Origin: an uncultured Oscillospiraceae bacterium
GTDB taxonomy: Bacteria; Bacillota; Clostridia; Oscillospirales; Oscillospiraceae
DNA length: 60,214 nucleotides
Direction: 5' to 3'
NCBI GenBank assembly: GCA_949916125.1
Contig: CATLEJ010000001.1
Span: 1 to 60,214 of the forward strand
Positions within the stretch are counted from its first letter, which is position 1, and every line of letters begins with the position of its first letter. Positions 20,433 to 29,486 of the stretch are shown piece after piece. Under the pieces are notes generated by a model. That model was given only the letters and a program-made list of their open reading frames with translations. It was not told where the DNA came from and searched no databases. The position numbers and the translations under genes are program-made.

Positions 20433-20780
20433 ATGAAAAAGCCCCGTATCCGTATCTATCCTATGCTCCTGGCCCTGCTGCTGTGCGCCCTGTGCTGCGC
20501 CCCCGCCTTCGCCGCCGCCAGCGGCGGCTCCGGGGTGGCCGACGTGGTGGAAAAGACCTGGAAGGACGCCGCGGGCCAGATCAAGACCGTGGTGGACAAC
20601 GTGGTCTTCCCCGCGCTGGACATGATCCTGGCCATCGCCTTCTTCGGCAAACTGGGCCTCAGCTACTTCGACTACAAGAAGCACGGCCAGTTCGAATGGA
20701 CGGGCCCGGTGATCCTGTTCGCCTGCCTGGTGTTCGTCCTCACCGCCCCGCTGTACATCTGGACCATCGTGGGGCTGTGA
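20433..20780 (+). CDS. DUF3852-like small membrane protein (VirB2/pilin-like)
   Basis: Signal peptide + two hydrophobic helices; IKTVVDNVVFPALDMILAIAFF. Confidence 0.75.
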   Translation: MKKPRIRIYPMLLALLLCALCCAPAFAAASGGSGVADVVEKTWKDAAGQIKTVVDNVVFPALDMILAIAFFGKLGLSYFDYKKHGQFEWTGPVILFACLVFVLTAPLYIWTIVGL

Positions 20781-20786
20781 TTGGCC

Positions 20787-21305
20787 ATGGAACAGCCTGA
20801 CTGCACCAAACGGTTCTATTCACCTATCTGGGTGAGCGTTATAGACCAGGAAACCGGGCAGATCCCCGAATGCCTTTATGACAATGCGGTTCAGTATGCG
20901 GATGATATCAGCCGCGCCCTGCATGAGTTCTTCTCCCGCCCTGAACACGATATTATGACAAATTTTACGCTGCCTGGGGCGCCGGAAACCGAAGCCGCAC
21001 TTCGTGCCAAAATCCACGCTGTCCGCCTGTCCGCAAAAGCAGTCGGCTCGTCCTTGTATGCCGAGCTGACGATGGAGCTGACCGGCGATCTCACCGAAGA
21101 TGAGCTGGACTGTCTGCTCACCCAAATCGAGGAACAGTGCCGGAATGGATTCGGTGAAGATTTTGAACTGATAGACATTCCTACGGCGCAGGGCGATGTG
21201 GTTGCGGCCCGATTGGGTCATGACGGGCTTGGCTTTTATTCCAATCAGGTACCAGCACCGGAGCAGGCTGATCTGCCAGTGCCTGAACTGAACCAGGGGA
21301 TGTAG
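20787..21305 (+). CDS. hypothetical protein homologous to the C-terminal half of the DUF4314 protein
   Basis: LTGDLTEDELD...QCRNGFGEDFE vs [11 protein letters not shown]...[11 protein letters not shown] in 1359-2120. Confidence 0.7.
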   Translation: MEQPDCTKRFYSPIWVSVIDQETGQIPECLYDNAVQYADDISRALHEFFSRPEHDIMTNFTLPGAPETEAALRAKIHAVRLSAKAVGSSLYAELTMELTGDLTEDELDCLLTQIEEQCRNGFGEDFELIDIPTAQGDVVAARLGHDGLGFYSNQVPAPEQADLPVPELNQGM

Positions 21306-21309
21306 CCAA

Positions 21310-23463
21310 TCACAGCCCCGCCAGCCGGAGCAGTCCCTTTTTGAGGCAGGTGGTCAGCTCGATGCGCTTCACCTCGTCGATGTCCTCAAAGGCGATCAGC
21401 GCAACGCTGCCCAGGCGGCCCAAAATCTCACCCCGCCCAAATTGCTTATGCACCACCTCGGCCCCGGCCATGAAGTCCTCCTGCTGCCTCGCCAGCTGGG
21501 CCGGGGTAGGGCCGTCCTCGTAGGCGGGACGCTTCGCCCTGGCCTTCTTCGGCTTGGGCTGGGGGTTGAACTGGGGTGTGGGCTGGGGTTCAAGAACGGT
21601 GGTTTCCTCTCCCAGAAGCTGGTCGATGAAAGTCCGGCCCGCCGCCATGGGTTCCCCGAACCGGCTCTCGTAGCACAAAAACTCTAATTGCTTTTTTGCA
21701 CGGGTGGTTCCCACGTAGAACAGCCGCCGCTCCTCCTCCAGCGCCGCCCTGCCCTCGTCATCGTGAGGAAGCGGGTCAGAGGGGAAAACGCCGTCCACCG
21801 CGTCGATGAGGATCACCCGGTCATACTCCAGACCCTTGCTGGCGTGGATGGTGGACAGCACGAAGGGACAGGACGGGTCGGACTCCAGGCCCTCGATGGT
21901 GTCTTTCAGCTCCTGCAAGCGGAGCAGGAACGGCCCCGTGGCCGGGGTCTGGTTGGCCAGGGAGAGCAGCACGTCCAGTTTGGAAGTGTCCATCTTCTGC
22001 TCTCGCAGGTAGTCCCCGTAGCCCATGAACTTCACCAGCCGCTGGATGGCGGCAAAGCTGGTGAGCTGGGGGAACTTCGAGTAGTGGGTCTGGAGTGCCC
22101 GGAGCTTCCCATACTGCCAGGGCTCCAGCCCCTCGTCGGCCAGCAGGCGGTCAAACACCGACTCGTCCTCCGCCATCCCCCGGAGCATCCCGGCCAGGAT
22201 GGGCTTTTTGATCTTCAAATCCAGCTTGTAGTAAAACCGAAGGAACTTCTCCCAGTTGGCGTCGTCAAAGGCGAACTCCAGCATATCGGTGATGTCCCGG
22301 ACGATGGGGCTGGTGAAGAAGAAGCCCTCCCGCTGGCGGCAGGCGTAGGGAACCCCCTCCTGCTCCAGCAGGTCGATGAGGGGCAGGGCGCTGTCATTGT
22401 TACGGTAGAGAACGGCGGTCTGCTCCTTGCAGTTTTGAGCTACCTTCAGCAGATAGCGGTACTGCCGGTTATAGTCCGCCAGCGGCACCATTTTCACCGT
22501 CGCGCCTTGGGGGTTGTCCGTGTGCATATGCTTGGGGTGGCGGCTCTCGTTGCGCTGGATGAAGGCGTCCGCCGCCTCTACGATGGACTTGGTGGAGCGG
22601 TAGTTGGTCTCCATCATCAGCACCTTGGCCCCCGGCCAGACTTGCTCAAACTCCAGCAGGGCCTGGGGCCACGCCGCCCGGAAGCCGTAGATGCTCTGAT
22701 CCTCGTCCCCCACCATGAAGATATTGCGTGACTTGGCCGCCAGCAGGCGCAGGATGGCGTGCTGGATTTTGGAGGTGTCCTGGGCCTCGTCCACGCAGAG
22801 ATAGGGCCAGCGGCGCTGGAAGTTGGCGAGTATGTCCGGGTACTGCCGGAAGATGCGGTAGGTGAACACCATCTGATCGTCGAAGTCCATAAGGCGGTGT
22901 TTCAATAGAAACGCCTGATAGCCCTTGTAGACTGCCGGAAAATCCATACCGTCGACCTTGTGGGCCTCCACATCCGCGTCGCTGAACATCATGTTTTTGC
23001 AGTAGGTGATGTGGGTGCGGGCCTCCTTGACCTGTTGATCCGGGGGATAGCCGCCCCCGCCCTTGGACAGCAGCTCCCGCACCACAGCGTTCAGGCGGCT
23101 GTCATCGTCCGCCAGGGCGAAAGGCTCCGTGCCCTTTTTCCCCGCATAATAGCGGATCGCCACCGCGCACAGGCCGTTGATGGTTCGGAATGTGAGCTTA
23201 TCCGCGTACTCTTCACCGAAAAAGCGGACGAACCGGGCCTTCATGTCCTTTGTGGCGGCGACGGTGTATGTAACGGTGAGGATATTCTCCGGGCGGATAT
23301 TTTTGCAGTAGATCATATACCCCAGGCGGGTGACCAGCACGGTAGTCTTGCCGCTCCCCGGCACCGCCAGGAGTAGAACCGGGCCCTGCACCTGCCGCAC
23401 CGCCGCCTCCTGTTGGGGGTTGAGCCGGACGTGGTATTGGGTTTTGAACTCACCGCAGGCCAT
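21310..23463 (-). CDS. UvrD/PcrA/Rep-family SF1 DNA helicase
   Basis: LNPQQ, AVPGSGKTT, VDEAQD, VGDEDQSIYGFR, NYRST, STIHASKGLE, EERRLFYV. Confidence 0.95.
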   Translation of the reverse strand: MACGEFKTQYHVRLNPQQEAAVRQVQGPVLLLAVPGSGKTTVLVTRLGYMIYCKNIRPENILTVTYTVAATKDMKARFVRFFGEEYADKLTFRTINGLCAVAIRYYAGKKGTEPFALADDDSRLNAVVRELLSKGGGGYPPDQQVKEARTHITYCKNMMFSDADVEAHKVDGMDFPAVYKGYQAFLLKHRLMDFDDQMVFTYRIFRQYPDILANFQRRWPYLCVDEAQDTSKIQHAILRLLAAKSRNIFMVGDEDQSIYGFRAAWPQALLEFEQVWPGAKVLMMETNYRSTKSIVEAADAFIQRNESRHPKHMHTDNPQGATVKMVPLADYNRQYRYLLKVAQNCKEQTAVLYRNNDSALPLIDLLEQEGVPYACRQREGFFFTSPIVRDITDMLEFAFDDANWEKFLRFYYKLDLKIKKPILAGMLRGMAEDESVFDRLLADEGLEPWQYGKLRALQTHYSKFPQLTSFAAIQRLVKFMGYGDYLREQKMDTSKLDVLLSLANQTPATGPFLLRLQELKDTIEGLESDPSCPFVLSTIHASKGLEYDRVILIDAVDGVFPSDPLPHDDEGRAALEEERRLFYVGTTRAKKQLEFLCYESRFGEPMAAGRTFIDQLLGEETTVLEPQPTPQFNPQPKPKKARAKRPAYEDGPTPAQLARQQEDFMAGAEVVHKQFGRGEILGRLGSVALIAFEDIDEVKRIELTTCLKKGLLRLAGL

Positions 23464-23511
23464 GGACTCACCCTATCTTATAGAACTTCAATCATTAAGG
23501 AAGTGATCAAA

Positions 23512-24468
23512 ATAGAAACGATTCTGCTGGGCGACGCGGCGGAACAGCTTCGCACACTGGACGCGGACAGCGTCCACTGCTGCGTCACCTCACCGCCCTA
23601 CTTCGGCCTGCGGGACTATGGCGTTCCCGGGCAGATCGGGCAGGAGGCTGCGCCGGAGGAGTACATCGGCAGGCTGGTGGAGGTCTTCCGTGAGGTACAC
23701 AGGGTGCTGCGCCCCGATGGGACGCTGTGGCTCAACATCGGGGACAGCTACACCAGCGGCGGCAGAAAGACCCGGGATCATGACGAAAAGCTCCCCGCAC
23801 GGGCGGCGAACCAGCGGCCCGGTACGCCGGAGGGCATGAAGCCCAAAGACCTGATCGGCATCCCCTGGATGCTGGCCTTCGCTCTGCGCTCGGATGGCTG
23901 GTATCTGCGCCAGGATATCATCTGGCATAAGCCCAACGCCATGCCGGAGAGCGTCCGCGACCGCTGCACCAGGAGTCACGAGTACATTTTTCTCCTGTCT
24001 AAATCGGAGCGGTACCGCTTCGACTGCGACGCCATCCGGGAACCGTTCCTTACGGCGGACCGGAAAGGGGACCGCAGGAGCTACAGGCCGGGATGTGCCT
24101 CCAGCTTCGATCTGAATGCCGGACATCAGGCACAGAAAGGAAATTTCGCGGGACTGCCACTGAACCCCAAAGGCCGCGGCAAGCGCGATGTGTGGTCTGT
24201 CAGCACCAGCAGCTTCAAGGGCGCGCATTTTGCCGTGTTCCCCGAGAAGCTGGTGGAGCCCTGCGTCCTGGCCGGGTGCCCCGAGGGCGGGATCGTGCTG
24301 GATCCCTTCACGGGCAGCGGCACCACCGGGGCGGTGGCCAAGCGGCTGCGCAGGAACTTCATCGGCATCGAACTCAACCCGGAATACCGGGAAATGGCGC
24401 TGGCCCGGATCAGCGCCACGGAAATGGAATACGAGCAGATGAAGCTGCAGGCCGGACCCGGCATATGA
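23512..24468 (+). CDS. N4-cytosine/N6-adenine DNA methyltransferase (beta class)
   Basis: TSPPY catalytic motif before DPFTGSGTT; start probably ATA 23512 or GTG 23503. Confidence 0.9.
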   Translation: METILLGDAAEQLRTLDADSVHCCVTSPPYFGLRDYGVPGQIGQEAAPEEYIGRLVEVFREVHRVLRPDGTLWLNIGDSYTSGGRKTRDHDEKLPARAANQRPGTPEGMKPKDLIGIPWMLAFALRSDGWYLRQDIIWHKPNAMPESVRDRCTRSHEYIFLLSKSERYRFDCDAIREPFLTADRKGDRRSYRPGCASSFDLNAGHQAQKGNFAGLPLNPKGRGKRDVWSVSTSSFKGAHFAVFPEKLVEPCVLAGCPEGGIVLDPFTGSGTTGAVAKRLRRNFIGIELNPEYREMALARISATEMEYEQMKLQAGPGI

Positions 24469-24510
24469 ACCCGGACTCGGCCATTATACCATAAAGAGAG
24501 GTGACTTACC

Positions 24511-25410
24511 ATTTTTATTTGGGACTTCGTGGCCTCCACCGTCCTGGACGAGCTGCTGGACTGGGCGTACAGCCAGGCCGTGGGCTTCCTGGGGGCCTTC
24601 TTCGCCCTGATGGGCAACATGGGGGTGGAGCTGTTCGACCTGCCCTGGGTGCAGGCCGTGGTACGGTTCTTCAACCAACTGGGCTGGGCCCTGTTCGGAG
24701 TGAGCCTGGTGGTGGCCTGTTTCGAGTTCGGCATCGAATACTCCTCGGGCCGGGGGAATATCCGCCACACCGCCATCAACTGCCTCAAGGGCTTTCTGGC
24801 AGTGAGCCTGTTCTCCACCGTCCCCGTCCGGCTGTACGCCCTGTCCGTGTCATTACAGGCCAGCTTCACCGCTGGCATCACCGGGCTGGGGACAGGAATC
24901 GGCGAAATCGGACAGAACATCATCACCAAGCTCACCACCCCGGAAGGGCTGATCGCCTCCGGGGTGGATTTTATTTTCAACGGCCCCAGCTTCAACCCAA
25001 TCATGATGCTGTTCTGCGTGATCCTGATGGCCTACGCCGTGCTGAAGGTGTTCTTCGCCAACCTGAAGCGGGGCGGCATTCTGCTGATCCAAATCGCGGT
25101 GGGCGCGCTGTATATGTTCAGCGTCCCCCGGGGCTACAGCGACGGCTTCACCCAGTGGTGCAAGCAGATCGTGGGGCTGTGCCTCACCGCTTTTTTGCAG
25201 GCCACCATCCTGGTGGCGGGGCTGATGGTGTTCAACGACCGCGCCCTGCTGGGGCTGGGCCTGATGCTCTCCGCGGGCGAGGTGCCCCGGATCGCCGGGG
25301 CCTTCGGACTGGACACCTCCACCAAGGCCAGCCTCACCTCCGCCGTCCACACCGCACAAATGGCGGTGAGTACCACCAAGGTCATCGCCAACGTAGTTGG
25401 CGGAAAATAA
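24511..25410 (+). CDS. VirB6/TrbL-like polytopic membrane protein (DUF6045-like)
   Basis: Multiple TM helices; GAGGTGA SD followed by in-frame ATT (MFIWDFVAS...). Confidence 0.8.
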   Translation: MFIWDFVASTVLDELLDWAYSQAVGFLGAFFALMGNMGVELFDLPWVQAVVRFFNQLGWALFGVSLVVACFEFGIEYSSGRGNIRHTAINCLKGFLAVSLFSTVPVRLYALSVSLQASFTAGITGLGTGIGEIGQNIITKLTTPEGLIASGVDFIFNGPSFNPIMMLFCVILMAYAVLKVFFANLKRGGILLIQIAVGALYMFSVPRGYSDGFTQWCKQIVGLCLTAFLQATILVAGLMVFNDRALLGLGLMLSAGEVPRIAGAFGLDTSTKASLTSAVHTAQMAVSTTKVIANVVGGK

Positions 25411-25431
25411 TACAGAGGAAGGAATCAAGTA

Positions 25432-26133
25432 ATGGAACATATGAAGCAAGCGGGGCAGATCGATGCCACCCCGCCCAGCCTGTATGCAATTTGGGCCGCC
25501 GGAACATCTGACGGCCCCTTGGCCGGACAGTCCGGCTACCTGGCAGAGGACGGCAGGCGGCTCTATTTCCACGAGCGCGAGACCGCAGAGCAGAAGATCC
25601 GCGACCTGCAAAACCGCTGTGTGAGTGGCAGTCCCGCCGCCGCTTACCGATGCCTTGCCTACCCCGGCGAAGGTCTGCCGGACCGCTCCATAACGGCGGA
25701 GGACATCGGCAGCTATGACCTGCGCCCTGGGTTTGATCCCGGGGAGTACCAGCTCCAGAGCCGGGAGTACGGCAACACCGGGGGCGGCTGCATGGTGGGA
25801 ACCATGTCCTACCTCCTGCCAAGCCTGGGCAGGACCGTCTGGGTGAACTGCAATGACGAGGGGGTCACCATCACCTCGGCGGACTACGTCTGGAACGACG
25901 ACCACAGCGGGAGCTGGGATCGGTACGAGGACGTCCTGCTGTTCACGGCGGAGTTCATCGACACGCCGCCCGAGGATCTGGGCCCGTGGCTCCCCATGGT
26001 GCGGGACACGCTGGCCTACACCGCCGCCCAACAGACCACCCTGGGCAGATCGTTCAAGCTGCCGGAGTGCTGGCAAAACGCGCTGGAGGAACAGGGTCAG
26101 CCCCCCGGCCCCACCATGGACGCGCCATGCTGA
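25432..26133 (+). CDS. hypothetical protein
   Basis: 233 aa, SD present, C-terminal QPPGPTM tail. Confidence 0.7.
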   Translation: MEHMKQAGQIDATPPSLYAIWAAGTSDGPLAGQSGYLAEDGRRLYFHERETAEQKIRDLQNRCVSGSPAAAYRCLAYPGEGLPDRSITAEDIGSYDLRPGFDPGEYQLQSREYGNTGGGCMVGTMSYLLPSLGRTVWVNCNDEGVTITSADYVWNDDHSGSWDRYEDVLLFTAEFIDTPPEDLGPWLPMVRDTLAYTAAQQTTLGRSFKLPECWQNALEEQGQPPGPTMDAPC

Positions 26134-29100
26134 CCATGGGTTCCCTCTTCGACGGCAGTGCGTCCCGAATCACAGTGCAAAACCAGCGTAGTAGCGAGGA
26201 CACCACTGTGAACCTGACAGGGGCATTTCATTCGTGTACCCTGTAGGTGTTGATACGGCTGGCGGCGGCATGAGAGCCAAATATCTCATGTATCCGACCG
26301 CGACTAATACTCCTGCCGGCTGTCTGGCAACAGGCAGTCGCGAAGCATAGGTGAAGACGGGGACACTGCTGGCGACAGCACACCCCGGGTTCCGCCGCAT
26401 ATGGATAGAAATTCCTTTCTTGTACGCTTCGTAACGAATGCTGTCCTACTCTGTAAAGAGAGGATGGAAAAACAGGCTTACCTCACGCACTTTTGCCGTG
26501 TTGCAATGGGGGATGGCGTTATGGCCGCCATAGAGTCCGTGGGAAACGGACCGGGGAGACCCAAGCCTGCGGAGTAAAGAGGAGTCCTAAGTGCGGCATT
26601 AAGGCAGTCGTATTGATATGGGAGAACTGCCCGGCATGGCAATATATTTTACCATGTAGTAATCGGGGACGGTCTGCACCGAAAGGGTAGGGCCAGAAAG
26701 ATTACGCACGGGTAGTCAGCGGGGCCATAGTAGTGAAGATACCGTATCAAGAAATACGGAGGAGCGAAGGGCCTTAGTCTTACTTTGAATGGCAGAACAA
26801 TCATTTCTATTCGCCTGATTAGACGCAAGAGACTATTCATTACGGAAATGAGGCCAACCAACCTATGAGAACAACTTTTGACCAATAGCTACAACTATTT
26901 TGTGGATATGGAGCAGCGGTTCAATGATTACCGTAACGGGAAAATGGATATGCGGACGCTTCATCCCATGGTCTATGACGCTAACAATGTGGCCTTTGCG
27001 CTGCGGCAGTTGAGCCAAAGCGGCGGGCGGATGGCGTTGGGGCCGGATGGTACAAATATCAAGACATTAGAGCCCTACTCCATCCTGGAATTAACGGAAA
27101 TCGTGAAAGACCGCTTGCTGAACAAGAAAATGGACTATGTGCGCCGGACATACATTCCCAAAAGCAACGGCAAGAAACGTCCCCTGGGAATCTGCTCTAT
27201 CTGGGACAAGCTGGTGGAGAAATGTATCCAGCTTGTGATAGAACCCTACTGTGAAACCAAATTTGTGCCAAGCTCCTTTGGCTTTCGTCCCCAGGTCAGC
27301 CAGCACCAGGCGCTGGCAAAGGTGAAGACCCAGTGCATGACCATGCCCTACGTGCTGTCTGTTGATATGCAGGACTACTTTGGAACGATTGACGCAGACA
27401 TCGCCTACCGGGAACTATGGCACATTGGTATCCGTGACCAAGTGATTCTTAACTATATCTACCGATTCATCAAGAAAGGCTACTATGAGGATTCCTGCAA
27501 GGTGGAAGACCCCAAAGGCTCCCCGCAGGGTTCCATATTAGGGCCTCTCATCAGCAATATCTATCTGCATCGGTTTGACGTGTGGTTGAGGGAACAAGGG
27601 GACTGCTGGCATGACAGAGCGGTGGGAAAATTCCACAACAAGCACAGGCGGCGCAATCTGGAGCGCACAGGTCTGAAAATTGGCATCCATGTTCGCTATG
27701 CTGACGATATTCTGGTAATTTGTAAGAGCTATGAGGACGCTGTACGGTTTCGTTACAGCGTTCCCCATTACCTGACACAAAATATGCGGCTGAAAATCAA
27801 TGAGGAAAAGACCAGGATATATGACCTCACGAAAGAGAAGATGAAATACCTGGGATATGAGTTCTATGTGTTCAAGCCGCCGCCCAAATGCGTCCAGCAA
27901 AAAGGTATGTATATGGTTGCTAATACGCTTCCACAGAAAAAGGAAGATGAAATCGTTGACAGGTGCCGGGAACTGCTTCGGGCCGTCAGGAAACATCCGA
28001 ATTTTGAGACAATACACGATTGGAATACCTACGTGGTAGGCATCCACAACTACTATAAGGGTATGTCGCACTTCTGCATGAATTTTAGAAAGATAGGTTG
28101 GCGAATCAAGAAATTGTTCTACCACACGATGGAGCGGAATGTTACGTTTACGCAAGAGCAGTCATATAAAAATAACTTTCAGAGAGGAGGCTATCGTTCC
28201 TGGGGAAGCAGAGGCTACTACTGCTTTAACGGGTGTCCAGTTGTTGAAATCCAGTGGGCAAGCTGGGATAGCTGGCTTTTAGCTGGCGGTAACGGTGTTG
28301 TAAAACGGGAAAATCCATACTCACAGAGAGAACGGCAACAGCGGCCCGGAGTGTCCATTGACGACATTGAATATCTCGTCAGGGTATCCAAGCACATCAA
28401 AAACAGCAGACTGGCCCTGTTCAGAATCAGCAAATACAGTTCGACAAATGGTATCAGCTATTTATCTGGGGAGTATGTCCCGGTTGGGCTATACCATTGC
28501 CATCACATCAAGCCTTTGAAAAATGGCGGCACAAACGACTTTAATAATCTTTGCGTCCTGTCCGAGCTGGAACACACTATTCTGCACAGCACGACCCCGG
28601 AACGGCTTTATGATTTGTTTCCCAAGAAAAAGAAGCGAATCAAGGCACTTATTGAGGCTTTATATGACAAAGCGGCGTGAATATGTATTCCCTTCATCAG
28701 CAAAGCGGCACATTGAAATGAGGTGCCGCTTCACAAAGTAAGATGGTGCGCCGTGTGCGTCGAAAGGCGCCCGCACGGTGTGGGCTGGGGGAAAAGTCCG
28801 AGATGATTTCATCGGAGACTTACCTATCAGCATTCGGCGGCTTCCCCCTGGCGGCAGTGCGCAATGGGATCACCCCCGTCTGGGCCAGCGAGATCGAGGC
28901 ATTCCCCATCCGCGTGACCCAGAAGCACTTCCCCGGCATGATCCATGTGGGGGATATCACCAAGCTGGACGGGGCCAAATTGCCCCCGGTGGACATCATC
29001 TGCGGGGGCTCACCGTGTCAAGACCTGAGCGTAGCTGGCCCCCGTTCCGGTCTCGCGGGGGCCCGTTCCGGCCTGTTTATGGAACAAATCCGCATTGTAA

Positions 29101-29486
29101 AGGAGATGAGAGCGGCGGATGTACAGCGAGGGAGAACAGCTCGTTTTACTCGACCCAGATTTATGGCGTGGGAGAACGTCCCGGGCGCGTTCAGCTCGGG
29201 CTCCCCGAAGGGGGAGGACTTCCGCATCGTCCTCGAGGAGATCTGTAAAATTAGTGGCTATCCCGTTCATGTCCCTCGACCTCACCCCTGGCCATGGCAA
29301 TTTGCTGGGCGAATCATACTGGGAGATTCTTTCTCCCTGGCTTGGAGGGTCTTGGACGCTCAATACTGGGGTCTCGCCCAGAGAAGGGCGCGCGTGTTCG
29401 TTATCGCAGATTTTGGAGGACTCACCGCCCCGAAAATACTATTTGAGCCGGAAAGCCTGCCTGGGTATCCTACGCCGGGCCCGTGA
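26127..29486 (+). CDS. dcm: C5-cytosine DNA methyltransferase alpha part (exons 26127-26157 + 28834-29486)
   Basis: Spliced MLTMGSLFDGIGGF (motif I), GGSPCQDLS (IV), WENVPG (VI), AQRRARVF (VIII). Confidence 0.9.
26158..28833 (+). mobile_element. group II intron (2676 nt) in methyltransferase motif I
   Basis: 5' GTGCG; DV GCGCCGTGTGCGTCGAAAGGCGCCCGCACGGTGT; 3' ...CCTATCAGCAT; A|TC rejoins as Ile in FDGIGG. Confidence 0.94.
26878..28680 (+). CDS. ltrA: group II intron reverse transcriptase/maturase with HNH endonuclease
   Basis: RPLGICSIWDK, SFGFRP, GSPQGSILGP, RYADD, HCHHIKPLKNGGTNDFNNL. Confidence 0.95.
   Translation: MTNSYNYFVDMEQRFNDYRNGKMDMRTLHPMVYDANNVAFALRQLSQSGGRMALGPDGTNIKTLEPYSILELTEIVKDRLLNKKMDYVRRTYIPKSNGKKRPLGICSIWDKLVEKCIQLVIEPYCETKFVPSSFGFRPQVSQHQALAKVKTQCMTMPYVLSVDMQDYFGTIDADIAYRELWHIGIRDQVILNYIYRFIKKGYYEDSCKVEDPKGSPQGSILGPLISNIYLHRFDVWLREQGDCWHDRAVGKFHNKHRRRNLERTGLKIGIHVRYADDILVICKSYEDAVRFRYSVPHYLTQNMRLKINEEKTRIYDLTKEKMKYLGYEFYVFKPPPKCVQQKGMYMVANTLPQKKEDEIVDRCRELLRAVRKHPNFETIHDWNTYVVGIHNYYKGMSHFCMNFRKIGWRIKKLFYHTMERNVTFTQEQSYKNNFQRGGYRSWGSRGYYCFNGCPVVEIQWASWDSWLLAGGNGVVKRENPYSQRERQQRPGVSIDDIEYLVRVSKHIKNSRLALFRISKYSSTNGISYLSGEYVPVGLYHCHHIKPLKNGGTNDFNNLCVLSELEHTILHSTTPERLYDLFPKKKKRIKALIEALYDKAA

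Noticed and set aside
16688-28680. Retron, Abi or CRISPR-associated RT
   Set aside because: Both RTs have maturase/En regions, DV/DVI and frame-restoring exon junctions, so they are ordinary group II intron proteins.
28743-28833. N-terminus MVRRVRRKAPARC... of the methyltransferase in the ORF track
   Set aside because: This is intron DV/DVI sequence; the true N-terminus is the 26127-26157 exon.
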